Below are positions 52,344 through 64,000 of a DNA stretch of 64,000 bases, in pieces; position 1 is the first letter of the stretch; the number at the start of each line of letters is the position of its first letter. Position numbers and translations under genes: made by a program. The notes under the pieces are model-generated. The model was not told where the DNA came from. It searched no databases and was given only the letters and a program-made list of their open reading frames with translations. Source of the stretch: Selaginella moellendorffii (taxonomy: Eukaryota; Plantae; Lycopodiophyta). The DNA lies in NCBI RefSeq assembly GCF_000143415.4, contig NW_003314265.1:2088777-2152776 (forward strand), given 5' to 3'.

Positions 52344-53144
52344 TTACGAGAAAAGGGGCACTAAGACGAACTCTGCGACGCCAGTATACTGCTCTCTTTG
52401 CACCGTGAAAATCCCGTGCTTAGGGTGGAACACAATCCATCTAGTGGGAGTAAACCCCAGGAGCACCACACACTGCCCAATCCAGTACATGTTATACGTG
52501 CTACAATACCACGCCTTGCCGCCACCGTCATCCACAAAGGCATCATCTTTTTCAAGCTGCTCGCATCTCAAGCTCGTTACCACTGGGTGTCGACTCAAGA
52601 GCTCCAACACCACCTCCTCGCTGGGTCGAGTAATCACACCCACCCTCCTCAAACTATTACCTAGAACATAAACTTGGAATAAATTCTTGTCCTGCTGCTT
52701 ATGCCTGAAAAGCTCCAGTGCCTTCTGGATCAAGGACAAGGCTGGCTGTTGGCGTTCCTGGAGAGAAAACTGGTGTGCTGTGCCAAGCTTGGTCATGGCC
52801 TGGGAGCAATGGTTTAACGCTTGCTCCCAGCAACCAGAGCACCGTTTCGCTTCTTTGTTTACTGTGGCTATGGGCATACCTTGCTCATCGAAGTCAAACA
52901 GAGGCTGGAGATCACCGCCTCGAGGCGGATTAGTGCTTTTCAACTCGCTACCTGGAAAAAGACCGCTCCAGTCGACTGTCGCTTCCTTGGGAGATTTTCC
53001 TGGTACAAAAGGCTCAACCTGGTATACCCTCTGAGCCCTAGACGCAAGATCTCTGAGGCAACACCAGCGCGAAGCGTGGATCACAACATCCGGCTCCTCC
53101 ACTACCATCTTTTTAGGGCAACCCTTCAACTTTAAGCCTAGCAT
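52344..53144 (-). CDS. Intronless 266-aa ORF; possible highly diverged papain-fold (C1A-like) protein
   Basis: Open frame from the ATG at 53144. The motif order VDW...CSGCW...EEVVLELLSRHPVVTSL...GQCVVLLGF...WIV resembles papain motifs. Confidence 0.5.
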   Translation of the reverse strand: MLGLKLKGCPKKMVVEEPDVVIHASRWCCLRDLASRAQRVYQVEPFVPGKSPKEATVDWSGLFPGSELKSTNPPRGGDLQPLFDFDEQGMPIATVNKEAKRCSGCWEQALNHCSQAMTKLGTAHQFSLQERQQPALSLIQKALELFRHKQQDKNLFQVYVLGNSLRRVGVITRPSEEVVLELLSRHPVVTSLRCEQLEKDDAFVDDGGGKAWYCSTYNMYWIGQCVVLLGFTPTRWIVFHPKHGIFTVQREQYTGVAEFVLVPLFS

Positions 53145-53355
53145 GATAGTCAAGCATTAAGTATGCTTTTATTTACCAAAAGAGCTAAAAAAGAATATAT
53201 TGAGCAGGATAAGATGAATTTGCCAATGCAATCACAAAACCTTGTGCTGTAAACTCGTTCCTCCCTTACAAGTGCTTGATCGGCTGCCTTAGCTTCCACA
53301 AACGCAACAGCATCTTAAGAAAGAAACCGATGAAACTAGTGACATACCTTTCTGA

Positions 53356-54511
53356 TTAGAATCGGGAATGAGCACCTGTCTTCCCATCCGCCCCATACAG
53401 CCAGTACTCGAACGAGCCTTCCACAAAGTTGTAGTAGCCACCATGGAGCGTGAGGTTGCCATTCATGACTGCGTCGTGCACGAAGGGAAAAGCCAAGAGG
53501 TTTGACAGCGATAAGTTGATAGACTCCTGGCACGAAATCGTCAGACGAACGGGGAAAGAGCAGCGCTCGCAGAGCAAACCTTTTCGCACATTGTGCACTG
53601 CTGTTCCAGGTCCTGGTCAGCTGCTGCCTTGAGAGCCGCGGTACGAGCCGCAAGCCCAATCTGGATCCAGTCTTCAACAAAAACACTGGCTAAAAAATCA
53701 CGTCAGTTGTGCCAGAAACTAGAAGAAATACGCAAAGCGAGAGCGTAAAAGTACCTCCGTTTCACATTTTCCTTCTGTGTCATGAGAGCAAGGATGCCAC
53801 CACACCTGCTGTGCCCGATCACCATTATACTCTCCACCTATGGACGGTTTGCAAAGCTTGTATTTGCCGGAAAATGGTTACCTTGAGAACCATGACGGCG
53901 TATTCAATAGCTGCACTAGTGCCGGGATAGATCATAGCCTGCCCGGATTTTCACAACCATGCTTTGGAATCCAAACCACAGAGTACCTGCTCTGGTGGAG
54001 GAACCATGTTAGCAATGTTGCGGACGACAAATGCTTCGCCTGGCCGGAATCCAAGAACTGTCGTGGGGCATACTCTCGAGTCCGAGCAGGCAATGACCAT
54101 GAACTGCACAAAAAATATAAAGAGATGAGCCGTTTCGAGCGTTCACGGCGCTTACCTTTGGAGTCTGCTTCACCGCTACTTCGCGAAACAGCTTTGGTTG
54201 CCTCCTGTCCACAGCACAAATTCGGAAGTTGGCATTGAAACCGTCCAGGGATTCAGATTTGTGTGGCGTACAAAAAAGTCTCCTGCTTGAATTTTTCAAA
54301 GCCGTGCTGGATTCTCTGCTTCACTCTCTCCGTTGGGGTGAATGTATTCTGCGCGATCACCAAAAAATCATAAAAAAACCAAGAAGGACAAGAGTAAACT
54401 TACTTGGTATGCTTGGCAGAGGCTCGTGTGTCTCCCCGCCGCGCATTTGCCAAAACAAACAACGGAACAAAAGGTGCTGCCCAATCCTCCTGGAAACGGC
54501 GCTCGGATCAT
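53356..54511 (-). CDS. Beta-carbonic anhydrase, multi-exon (start approximate)
   Basis: [72 protein letters not shown]. Confidence 0.92.
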
Positions 54512-54907
54512 CTTTTCTTCGTATTTAGGGTGTGCTCTACACACGCAGGCGCCAAGTGGTGTCCTACGTGCCAAAGAAAAACAGTTACAAAGAAAACCAA
54601 TGGATACGTACTTTACTCCGTGAGACCTGAGCTCGTTGAGGAAGAAGCACCATTCACAGTATAAATATAAAGTAGCACCCAGAGCTCTCTATTCCTGAAA
54701 CAAAATGTCTAAAAACCAAACAAACGAACAAAAAAAAATAAAAAATGGTATAAATGAAGATACGACGAGGCAAGCAATACCTTGAAGATCATAATGCTCA
54801 AACATCAGAAAGGCGAGAAATCAAGCTTGTTAAATTTTCGTTAAGCATACTACAGTCATTCACACATCCAGGAGAAAATCACTTACCAGGGCAGTGATAA
54901 AAAAAAA

Positions 54908-56640
54908 TCACATGGATGCACTAACTATTATGTCACCGAATGGAACCTCTTGCTTCACTAAGAGAGACTGCTGGACCCGAGGACCTGTTCCACACGCTGT
55001 CAGAAACAAGTCACGAATAAAAAAAAACACAACATTACCAGAATGTCATAAAACATGCAAGCTGCAACTCTTCTAGTTTTTCCCGTCAGAATTTGTTCCA
55101 GCGACAAACTCGCGTTTGGAGCCTGTTTGCTGAGCCTCTCCAACATAAGTGCTACCGCCCTGGTCACATGAAACATCATTGAGAATATATTTACCACTTG
55201 ATAAGCACTGACCTCGTTCGTCCGGAGCATACATCACTGTCTGGAGCTTGGGAGTCATGGTCGTCTAGAAGTTCTGTAAGGAGATGAGCGAAATGGTGAG
55301 TGGAAAGTGCAAATAGTATCATCACCTTCAAAATGGCAATCAAAGTCCTGCAGAAAAGCCGGGTTCATAAACAAATGAAACAAAATCACGCAGCTTACGG
55401 GTAAATCAGCTACAGAGTCGACAGCTGGGTTTATAGAAGCGTTCAAATTGTCTTCCCGGTTCAGATTATCTCCAGCAAGCTTTTTCGTGGCGGCGATCTC
55501 TAAAAGTTTGTTAAAATTTAGTTCTTATGAACTTCAAGGTAAGCTTAATACCTCTCTCTGTTTCGCGTTCCAAAACACCGTAAGTCCTCAGTTGATAGTT
55601 GCTCGCTGGCAGCCGGCTACCAGTTAGCAGCTGAAGCAACCTCTGGTCCCTAGCAGTCATGTTTTGCATAAGAAGCATTCGTCGATAACAGCAATCGGCT
55701 CTTTTACGAGGCCTTAGCAGATCTTTTGTGCTACGGAGCTGGTTCTGTAGCAGCCTACCAAAACCCGGGAGTCAGAGTTGTAAACGAATTTATGATACTC
55801 GGCTTACTCGTTCGATAGCATGGTCGACATATCAAACGCAAGCCGCTTCCGCTTGTTACTGGTCCTGACGTTGCTGCGTATCACAGCGCATGATTTCTGA
55901 GGTGTTCTTGGAGCGAAGGCCAAATCTGTGATAAAAGACAGTCAAGAGCCTTTAAACTTACAGTAGCTCACCTGATTCTTTTTCGGAAAAATAGCCACAG
56001 TCTTGCGCGCGAATGGCCTTCTCCCTCTCTATCACAGTCTGAAAAGGAGCATCTGGCATTTGCTGATCAGCTATCTCATCAACGATCGAGGCCAAGGACC
56101 GCATTGCCGTTGGACGTAGAAGGCTGTAAGGTGCTCGCTCCCTATGGTCTGCCAAGACGTCATTTGTTGGTGTTTGCGGCTGAAATACTCCATCGTCCAC
56201 AATGCCGGACCATTCGTCCATGTTTTCTTTCTCTTGGCTGCAGTACAGGGTACGTTACTCTCGTTGAAGAAAGGAATCACACCATATCATTGCGAGATGA
56301 CTTCCTCAACTTCGAAGCCGAATGACAAATCACCATCAGGAAATCTCTCTGTAAAGTAAAAAGTTAGAAACGACTAGACAAAAGCCAGTTCTCACCATCT
56401 AGCTGCATGTTGTAAGATCCAAAATGATCTACGTTTGGCTGCAAAGTAATGTGCTCTGCCAGTGCAACGTGCAAATTGACATTGCTGCACAAACGCTAAC
56501 AGAAAGTTAACAGTGCAACATTGCCAATCATATTCTCGTACCTGTGTACTGCGTTTACAACCTCTTCTTCTCGAAAAGGATCGAGCAAGTCTGCTAAGTT
56601 TCCAGCATAGCCCACACAAAGGCGCTCAGTTTCCAGTAGA
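54908..56640 (-). pseudogene. Rad21/Rec8 kleisin (cohesin SYN-like), 5'-truncated with a frameshift in the last exon
   Basis: HVALAEHITLQ, ERFPDGD, KRKRLAFDMSTMLSNELLQNQL..DLLRPRKRA, GRTRAVA, LSLEQILTGKTRRVAACMFYDIL, VKQEVPFGDI (the last is out of frame). No N-terminal domain is seen before the duplicated block at 56662. Confidence 0.7.
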
Positions 56641-56899
56641 GAAGCCTCGCTAGCTTTGATGCTCGCTTCTCGCCATCGTTGAATTCTCTAGATCGACTAA
56701 ATCGATTCGACCCCCAGATCGATTTACCACGTCACAACAACCGACCAATCCCCGATCGCGACAAGCTCTGCCGCTTTTGGAAATATCTATGGGCGGCGTA
56801 TATGGTAAAACACCTAAAAGGAGAAATACCCTATAACGGAAGAACCCTAAACTAAGCTGGTCCTGTAGAAAGCCGCTGCATTCTTCCATGGATTGGCGA

Positions 56900-57400
56900 A
56901 GTAATCCATGCCCATCGCCCGCACGCGCTGCAAGTCCGCACAGCGATCGAGCCTTGCATTGCGTCGTCCCAGGGGATGATCAGGAGGCGGATCATCGGAT
57001 TTGCGTCGACGATGATCCAGATCGATGGGGTCATTGCCGTACCGCGCGAGCGCGGCGTAGGGCTCGCCATCTTCCTCAGGAAGAAATCCCCCCGGCCCGG
57101 AGCCTGGCCGTTGAGCCGAGGGCGTGAACAGGATGATCGAAGCTCTGCCACAGCGGCAAGCCATCGGCGGACTCGAGAATGAGGTTCCCGGAATCGTCCA
57201 GCGTCATGCCCCGGGCGGTGACGATTCCTGACCTCCACAGCCCGTGTGGATCGCCAATCGCGATCTCCCGTGCCCGAGGGCACGATCCTGGAGCTCGGGC
57301 TCGATGGCAATCTCGTCCCCCGGCCGGAGGCGCTGTCAATCATCGCAGAGGGGAGAAGTGGATGGATCGTTGATCCACCGCGCCCCAAGCGCCAAGCAAT
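56900..57400 (-). pseudogene. Bulb-type lectin relic, copy 2
   Basis: LWRSGIVTARGMTLDDSGNLILESADGLPLWQSFDHP on the minus strand; PVWIANRD and ILELGLDGNLV on the plus strand at 57241-57318. Confidence 0.72.
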
Positions 57401-60400
57401 ATAACTTTTCGCTATGTTTTTCGGGCGGCATAAGACCATGGAGTTTTACTCACTCACTTGAACCTGCAATGTGCTCTTAGCTCCTCCATTCTGTAAAGAT
57501 TAATGGCCGGTGTGTTATCGCTTGATGGCTGGGGAGGTTCCTCTGGCTCCATGGAAATTGTTGAGAAAAATTGTGCTCCACCCGGTGCAAATAGCTGACA
57601 TCACAGAATTCAAAATTCGTAAACTTGAGTCCAGTTCAATTTGCTGGCATTTTGCAGTAATGAACAGATTATACCAGATAAAATGCTGAATGCACTGTAA
57701 TTTTGAAGAACCCTAAAATCATGGCTGCCCGCTCGAGTTGACTGGCGAAATCCTCTGAATCTAAGCGAAAAAACCACCAAACATAATCCATCACCTCCCA
57801 GAACTAAAAGAACTTTAACCATCCGCATTATCGTTCAACTACCCCCATCTGATGGGTTATAAGAAGCTTGTTTAGTGTTGTGGAAGTTTCATATAGACAA
57901 AGGCGATCAAGCTTTGGTAAGAGAGGACCAAGTTTACACCAGGACATCAGCTACTTTTGCAAGATCTTGGACACTAGGACTATCATATCCAATATATTCC
58001 CTTCATATGAAAGAATGTATCAGTGTGCTAGAGTAAGAAAAAAAAATGTATTTCTACATGTAATGTTGATATTATATAAAAAAAAAAAACTATATCAGTG
58101 GGCTTGCTGCGTAAGGTAGGACTAGTAATATAACACCCTAGTGAATCCAACTCACCAACAAGTTGTATCTTGTAATTCATTCAGTGTCCTCTTGCATATT
58201 TCCATCCTTTAAAATGTAAAATATAAACAAAACCATTAACCAGCATATACCTTAGATATATTAAATTAAGTGATGGTAAGAAACCACCAAAAATATTTCA
58301 AAAGTATGTGTGGTAAGAAACCAATATTTACCAGTTCACCCCGCATCCAACGGCCCGGATTGCCCAGATCCGGAGGCCCACAAAGTTCGGCGTTTGCTCC
58401 TTATAGTAGTAGACTGCTACATATAGCATAGAAAATTTTTGTTTTTAGAGAACATGAACTGCAAGGTTCATATATCAAAGATCTGTGAAGTGAATTCTAA
58501 GTCCCTTTGTGGGGCATCTAATGCTGAGATAAGCATCATGTCAAGAAAAAAGAATTGTTCACAAAACCAAGAGCTAAAGATTTGTTTGGAAATCTTTAGC
58601 ATACAAGAGCACAAGCATGGAATTTTTTTATCAAAGGTTACTTTCATGCATATGAGTATAAATCACTCTTGAATTCACAATGAAAAGTTGAGTTTGTGAG
58701 CTAAACAATTGTACTTTAATACAATCATTATAAATATATAAAAATTAAGGTTCATGGCAAGCTTAACTTTATACTATATTTTAACATCTCTACACTTAAA
58801 AATGTTTTGGAGGAACCTTTAGAATTTGAATCTCTTCTACTTTTCAAAGTTCAAAGTTAGGGAATAATTGTCTGTGATTATACTTAGGCCACCCTCCGGT
58901 CACCATAGGGTTTATTAAACTTTAATTTTGATCCATCATGTTAAATATTCTTTTAAAATATTCTTGCCTCATTCATCAGCCACAAGAATCAAACTAAGCT
59001 TCTATACTAATGTTAAGATCCTATCCCTTACACTCTAAACCAATTAGTTAAAAGGGTAATCATTTTATTATAAGGCCCTTTTTTTTATCTTATTATCCTG
59101 ACCTATCCCACTACTATGATACCTTAAAACTTCCCTTTTTTGCCCTGCTTATATAAAATAGGGGTACTTAGCTCAAGTTTAGGGTTCATTGTTGATAAAG
59201 ACTTGGGATTAGGGTCCATTGATTGCCTCTCTCCACCCTCACAAGGTAAGTTTGTATAGGTAGGTAGCAATAAGTGAGTAAGACAGAGATTTGGAAAGTG
59301 AAGCTGCTTGCAACGAGCTAAGAGGTATGCTAGAGGCGATCAAGAAATCGTGTTGAAACTCTCAACAAGCAAAGTGCAAAACAACGGGCCAAGGAACTCT
59401 CAAAGCGAAGAGAAACTCACGCTGTGTGAATACGAACAAAACTAACGATCAAGAACACTTAGTTTCATGTTGCCAGGTTTGCATGTGTTTCGATTTGTTC
59501 TAATTTCTTGTCATAAAGAAGCCAAGTGACATGTTGGTGCTACTCAACGATGATAAGAACTGAAAAATGCTATGTCACAGCGTGTGACAAAAAGAAAAAT
59601 GCTACTAGATTGGAGAGATTTTGTGTCAACGTTTTGGAGAGATTTGTTGTTGCTGTGCTCAACGCAATTCCTGCAAGCCGAGAAACAACGTGATATTCAG
59701 AACTTCAATCCAGCTGAAGACGTACATGACAATGACAACAACGATCATGATCTGTCGCTGATCCTTGGTCGGACCTGTCAACTCTCGGACCTCTCCACCT
59801 CGCAAGGTAAGTTCGTTTAGAGCTCTTCTTTGTGGTAGCAATAAGCGAGTAAGACAACGAAACAAGAAAGATTTGTCGGAGACAAAAGAGCGAAGCTGCT
59901 TGCAACGAGCTAGGATCGAATGATCAACGATAAATGAGAAATTCTCAACGTTTGAAGACATCAGGTTCGTTCTTTCTTTTCGATTGAGAGTGTCGACAGG
60001 GTCAAGAAGATGCTATGCTCAACGCATAAGGGAGCCAGTGACACAGTCAAGCTAAAATGCTCATCAAACAACTCAAACGAGCTAAGTGCAAAACAACGGC
60101 CCAAGGAACTCTCAATGCGAAGGGAAGCTTGTGAATATCATTGAAAGTTGACGATACTTAGCTTCAGGTTTGCAAGTGTTTCAATTTGTTCTAATTTCTT
60201 GTCATGAAAAAGACAAGTGAACGTGTTGGTGCTGCTCAACCACGATAAGAACTGAAAAATGCTGTGTTCAAAAAGAAAAATGCTACGAGATTAAAGAGAT
60301 TTTGTGTCAACGTTTTGGAGAGGCTTTGAGTTATGTTGTTGCTGTGCTCAGCGCAAGACCTGCGAGCTGAGAAACAATGCGATCTTCAGAACTTCAATCC

Positions 60401-61259
60401 AGCTGAAGACGTACATTGACAATGGTCCAACCTCAATGAAAACAACGATCATGAAAACTCCAAATTCAAAGGAATGTGCATAGCGTGAATTTACAAGGAA
60501 AGACGCCTGAATCAACTCATATATTGGTTTGTCTAACTAGGATGTTTGCTGTTCAACGAAATGGAAGTCGAAGTTTAAGAGGTTCGTGAGCTGTTTGTTC
60601 TAACCAAAATGTTTGTTCAAAGAACTGGACAACGCCAGGAGAGGCTTCAACCTTCCAGGTCCATGTTCTCTTTAGTTTTCTTTATGGTTTCTCTAACTTC
60701 CTTTTGTTTTTGCAACACCATGAGATTGCGACGGTGCCACAGAACAACGTTCCAGGGCCAGCTAACGATGGGTAAATGGAAGTTTACGCTCTGGCAGTGG
60801 GAAAACGAGACGATCTACACAAAGCACTCTGTGGTTTCCTTGAAAAGAAATGAATACATTTACAAAGTTGCAAACATTTGTCAAGTAGTTATGTCTCTTC
60901 AGGCACTAGCTTAGCTGTTGTTTCCGTGGGAGTGGCCATTGCCAGCGGGACGGGAGCCGGTTTGTGAGCTTTATTCACGAAGTTCACGGATGAATCATCT
61001 AATCAATCCTTACTCCCGAGATGCATGGGAAACGGAAGGAAAATTCGCCCAAGAGCCAAGAACAGTGGACGAACTGGAGATAAACAAAGAGAGGAACTCC
61101 TGGTTTGAGAATACAAGGTTAAAACTATTTTGCTTCTTGGTGTTAAGGTTTGTGGGCTAGCTTAGGCCCTGACTAACAAGTTGCTTTCTTATAATGTGAA
61201 AGTTAGACTTCTCACAAGCCCAAAGCCACAAGGCGCGATTCTTTGTTTGAGTAAGAGCT

Positions 61260-62611
61260 TGCAAACTTTGAGTATCATAAGTGTCCCAAAGGGTGCTTGC
61301 TGTCCGCTAGGCAGTGGTGCGTTCCCTGGTCTCTCAAGTATCACAGTGTCCAGGCCTGGCAACAAAAGCAATGATACATTAGCAACACATCTCTCGCTTT
61401 TTTTTCCCAGACATTACCAGCGTCTTTAGCAGCAACAGCCCGTGGCGAAGTAATCTGAGAAGGCTCATCGGCACCCACCGAAAGTGCCTCTCGTTTGTTT
61501 CTGAAAAGGAATGAGATGTGAGGAGCAAATATAATGAACCAAGTGCGGAAAATCTCACCCTGCAGTATCGAAGTAGCCCAAAGTTTGTGTTCCCAAAGAT
61601 CAACCGCTGTGCTTCTCGGCTCCCACTCGAGTAAATATAGGCCTAAAAGGAACAAGGTGACGACATCAACATCGTGCTTTGGCAACTCCTATCAGACCTT
61701 CTACTCAGCACAAGGAGAGTGGAACGTCCTGAAAGACTTGGCCTTTGTGTTCACCGTTTTTGTATCCTGTTCTCCAAATATATCCCTGTGATGCAAAGGA
61801 CCAAGAAACGTTGATTCAAAACAAGACCAGACCTGGAATTATTTGAGGGCTGTAACTTTGCGATCAGCAGCAGTCATGCGAGAACGTTACGCTCTGACTT
61901 CGTCCTTATCACTTGGGAGAATAAGCTGCGTTTGCACGTTTCCCTCCTTCGTGTCTTTAAGAACCTGCTTGACATAACACGAGATTTCTGCTGCCACCAA
62001 AACCAATGAAATCTTGGCTGTTGCCTGAGAAGGTCTAGATCACCTTGAGTCTCCTTCGAATCGTAAGTGGCTGAGAGGTGTTTTCCCTCATTGTCATGTG
62101 CATAGGGAAACAAACGTCCATACGGGAATCGTGGTGCACACGAGAAAAACATTTGATAAAAGCCCTCATTAATAGACAGCATTTCTTGCGGGATAGTTTT
62201 TCCTTGGAGCTGCAAGGCTGAGTTTCTTCACTGGTCCATGCAAGGGGTCTGTATGGTCGAGGCCAAACTGGCGAAGCTTAAGTGCGGCATCAAAAAGATA
62301 ATGGTAGCATTCTGCCTTCTTCGCAAAAGATTAAGAGTCAAGCTGGAAAAAATACTATCACCTGAGTTTTAGCACAGAACCACGAGTCACCCCAAACGTG
62401 ATCCCATGGTTTCTCACTAACGCTGCCGTCGTTCATGGATAAGCGGCACTCTTCCAGCAAAACACGAATAAGAAAGACAACAGTGAGAAACGAACGAGCT
62501 TTTACTCACGGCTGCTGCTAAAGAATCCGTGAGCTCATATTCATATGCAGAGTTTTCAATGATCGGGACTACGAGTTAACCATGCCCTTCGATTCCTTTG
62601 ATCATCTCCAT
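61260..62611 (-). pseudogene. DEP1: DEP1 relic, copy 3
   Basis: The same DEP1 motifs on the minus strand, degenerate. Confidence 0.85.
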
Positions 62612-64000
62612 GTCCACGACGGTGCGATGTATCGCCGGCTGAGATCCAGAAGCTGTGCAGGCACGCAACAGCAGCACGGAAGAGCCATCCAGCAGGCTGT
62701 CCGATCAGCAGGATTCCTCGTCCCCTCCAGCTACGTTTTGGACTAATTCTCTTTTTGTCCTTATGGTACTTAGCTTACGTTTAGGGTTCATCGTTGATGT
62801 ATACAATACTCAAACTTAGGGTTCATCGTTGATGAAGGGCTAGGGCGGTGGATGCCGCGGACGGGATGTCTTGGGGTTGGGGTCGCGACCCTTCCACTCT
62901 GCCCATTGATCGGAGCTCCAGCTTCTCTCTCCACTCTCGCAAGGTAAGTTCGTTTAGATAGGGCTTTTCTTTGCGTTAGCAATAAGACAAAAGCGAAGCT
63001 GCTTGCAACGACCTAAGAGGTATGCTAGAGGCGATCAAGAAATCGTGTTGAAACTCTCAACGTTTGAAGACACCAGGTTCGCTCTTTCGATTGCAACGCA
63101 AAAGTGAGCCAGTGACACTACAAACAACTCAAACAAGCAAAGTGAAACAACGAGCCAAGGAACTCTCAACGCGAAGGATGTGGACAACGCTCTGTGAATA
63201 CAAACAAACTAGATCAACGACACTTAGTTCCATGTTGCCAGGTTCGCGTGTGTTTCGAAATTTCTTGTCATGAAGAAGCCAACATGTCGGTGCTGCTCAA
63301 CGACGATAAGAACTGAAAAACGCCTTGTCACAGCGTGTGCCAAGAAGAAAAATGCTACTAGATTGGAGAGATTTTGTGTCAACGTTTTGGAGAGATTGTC
63401 AGTGCTTTGAGTTATGTTGTTGCTGCGCTCAACGCAAGACCGGTGAGCTGAGAAACAACGTTGGGCATCTGCGATCTTCAGAACTTCAATCCAGCTGAAG
63501 ACGTACATGACAATGACAACAACAATCATGATCCGTCGCTGATCCTTGGCCGGACCGGTCAACTGCCGCACCTCTCCACCTCTCAAGGTAAGGGCTTTTC
63601 TTTGCGTTAGCAATAAGCAAGTAAGACAGAGATTTGCCAGGGACAAGAAAGCGAAGCTGCTAAGAGGTATGATAAACGATAAAAGAAAGGAGGCGATCAA
63701 GAATTCGTGTTGAAACTCTCAACATTTGAAGACACCAGGTTCCCTCTTTCTTTTCGATTGCAACACAAAAGGGAGCCAGTGCTAAGATGATGTGCTCAAA
63801 CAACTCAAACAAGCAAAGTGCAAAACAACGGGGATTTGTTCTAATTTCTTGTCATGAAGAAGCCAAGTGACAGCTCAATGACGATAAGACGTGTGCCAAG
63901 AAGAAAGATGCTACTAGATTGGAGAGATTTTGTATCAACGTTTTGGAGAGATTGTCAGTGCTTTGAGTTATGTTGTTGCTGCGCTCAACGCAAGACCTGC

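Larger units (their letters stand above)
41514..52555 (-). repeat. Right arm of the large imperfect inverted duplication
   Basis: Reverse-complement colinearity with 11166-22570. Confidence 0.85.
56662..64000 (+). repeat. Direct duplicate of 40190-47200, running off the window
   Basis: Colinear similarity with independent small indels. Confidence 0.85.

Noticed and set aside
11166-52555. Giant TIR transposon interpretation of the inverted repeat
   Set aside because: No transposase, sharp termini or target-site duplication could be identified, and the right end falls inside an ORF.

Overview
This is plant nuclear DNA, very gene-dense with tiny (about 40-130 nt) GT-AG introns. That style suggests a lycophyte such as Selaginella, which is an inference only. 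From left to right: (i) 1-5.2 kb holds two related Ty3/gypsy-type LTR retrotransposon pieces in opposite orientation. (ii) 6.1-9.7 kb holds a divergent spermidine-synthase-like gene, a DUF3082-like membrane protein gene and cytochrome c6A. (iii) About 10-27.8 kb and 40.2-64 kb form a patchwork of segmental duplications. These include an inverted repeat with ~11-kb arms (about 11.2-22.6 kb vs 41.5-52.6 kb). The patchwork carries two intact BAHD acyltransferases, one BAHD pseudogene, and intron-retaining relics of DEP1 (Yang cycle dehydratase-enolase-phosphatase, x3), spermidine synthase, DUF3082/cyt c6A (x3) and a bulb-lectin domain (x2), plus a degenerate tandem repeat family. (iv) An island of ordinary single-copy genes sits at 29.8-39.4 kb (F-box/LysM, Di19, plastid RPL12, AG-peptide, PIRL, BRO1-like). 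(v) 52.3-56.6 kb holds an orphan ORF with papain-like motifs, a beta-carbonic anhydrase and a truncated Rad21/Rec8. The best candidate for a new system is a dynamic polyamine/acyl-polyamine locus (aminopropyltransferase + diverging BAHD acyltransferases + methionine-salvage relics) embedded in DNA-level duplications marked by repeated micro-inversions. All family calls come from motif recognition by eye; no database searches were run.
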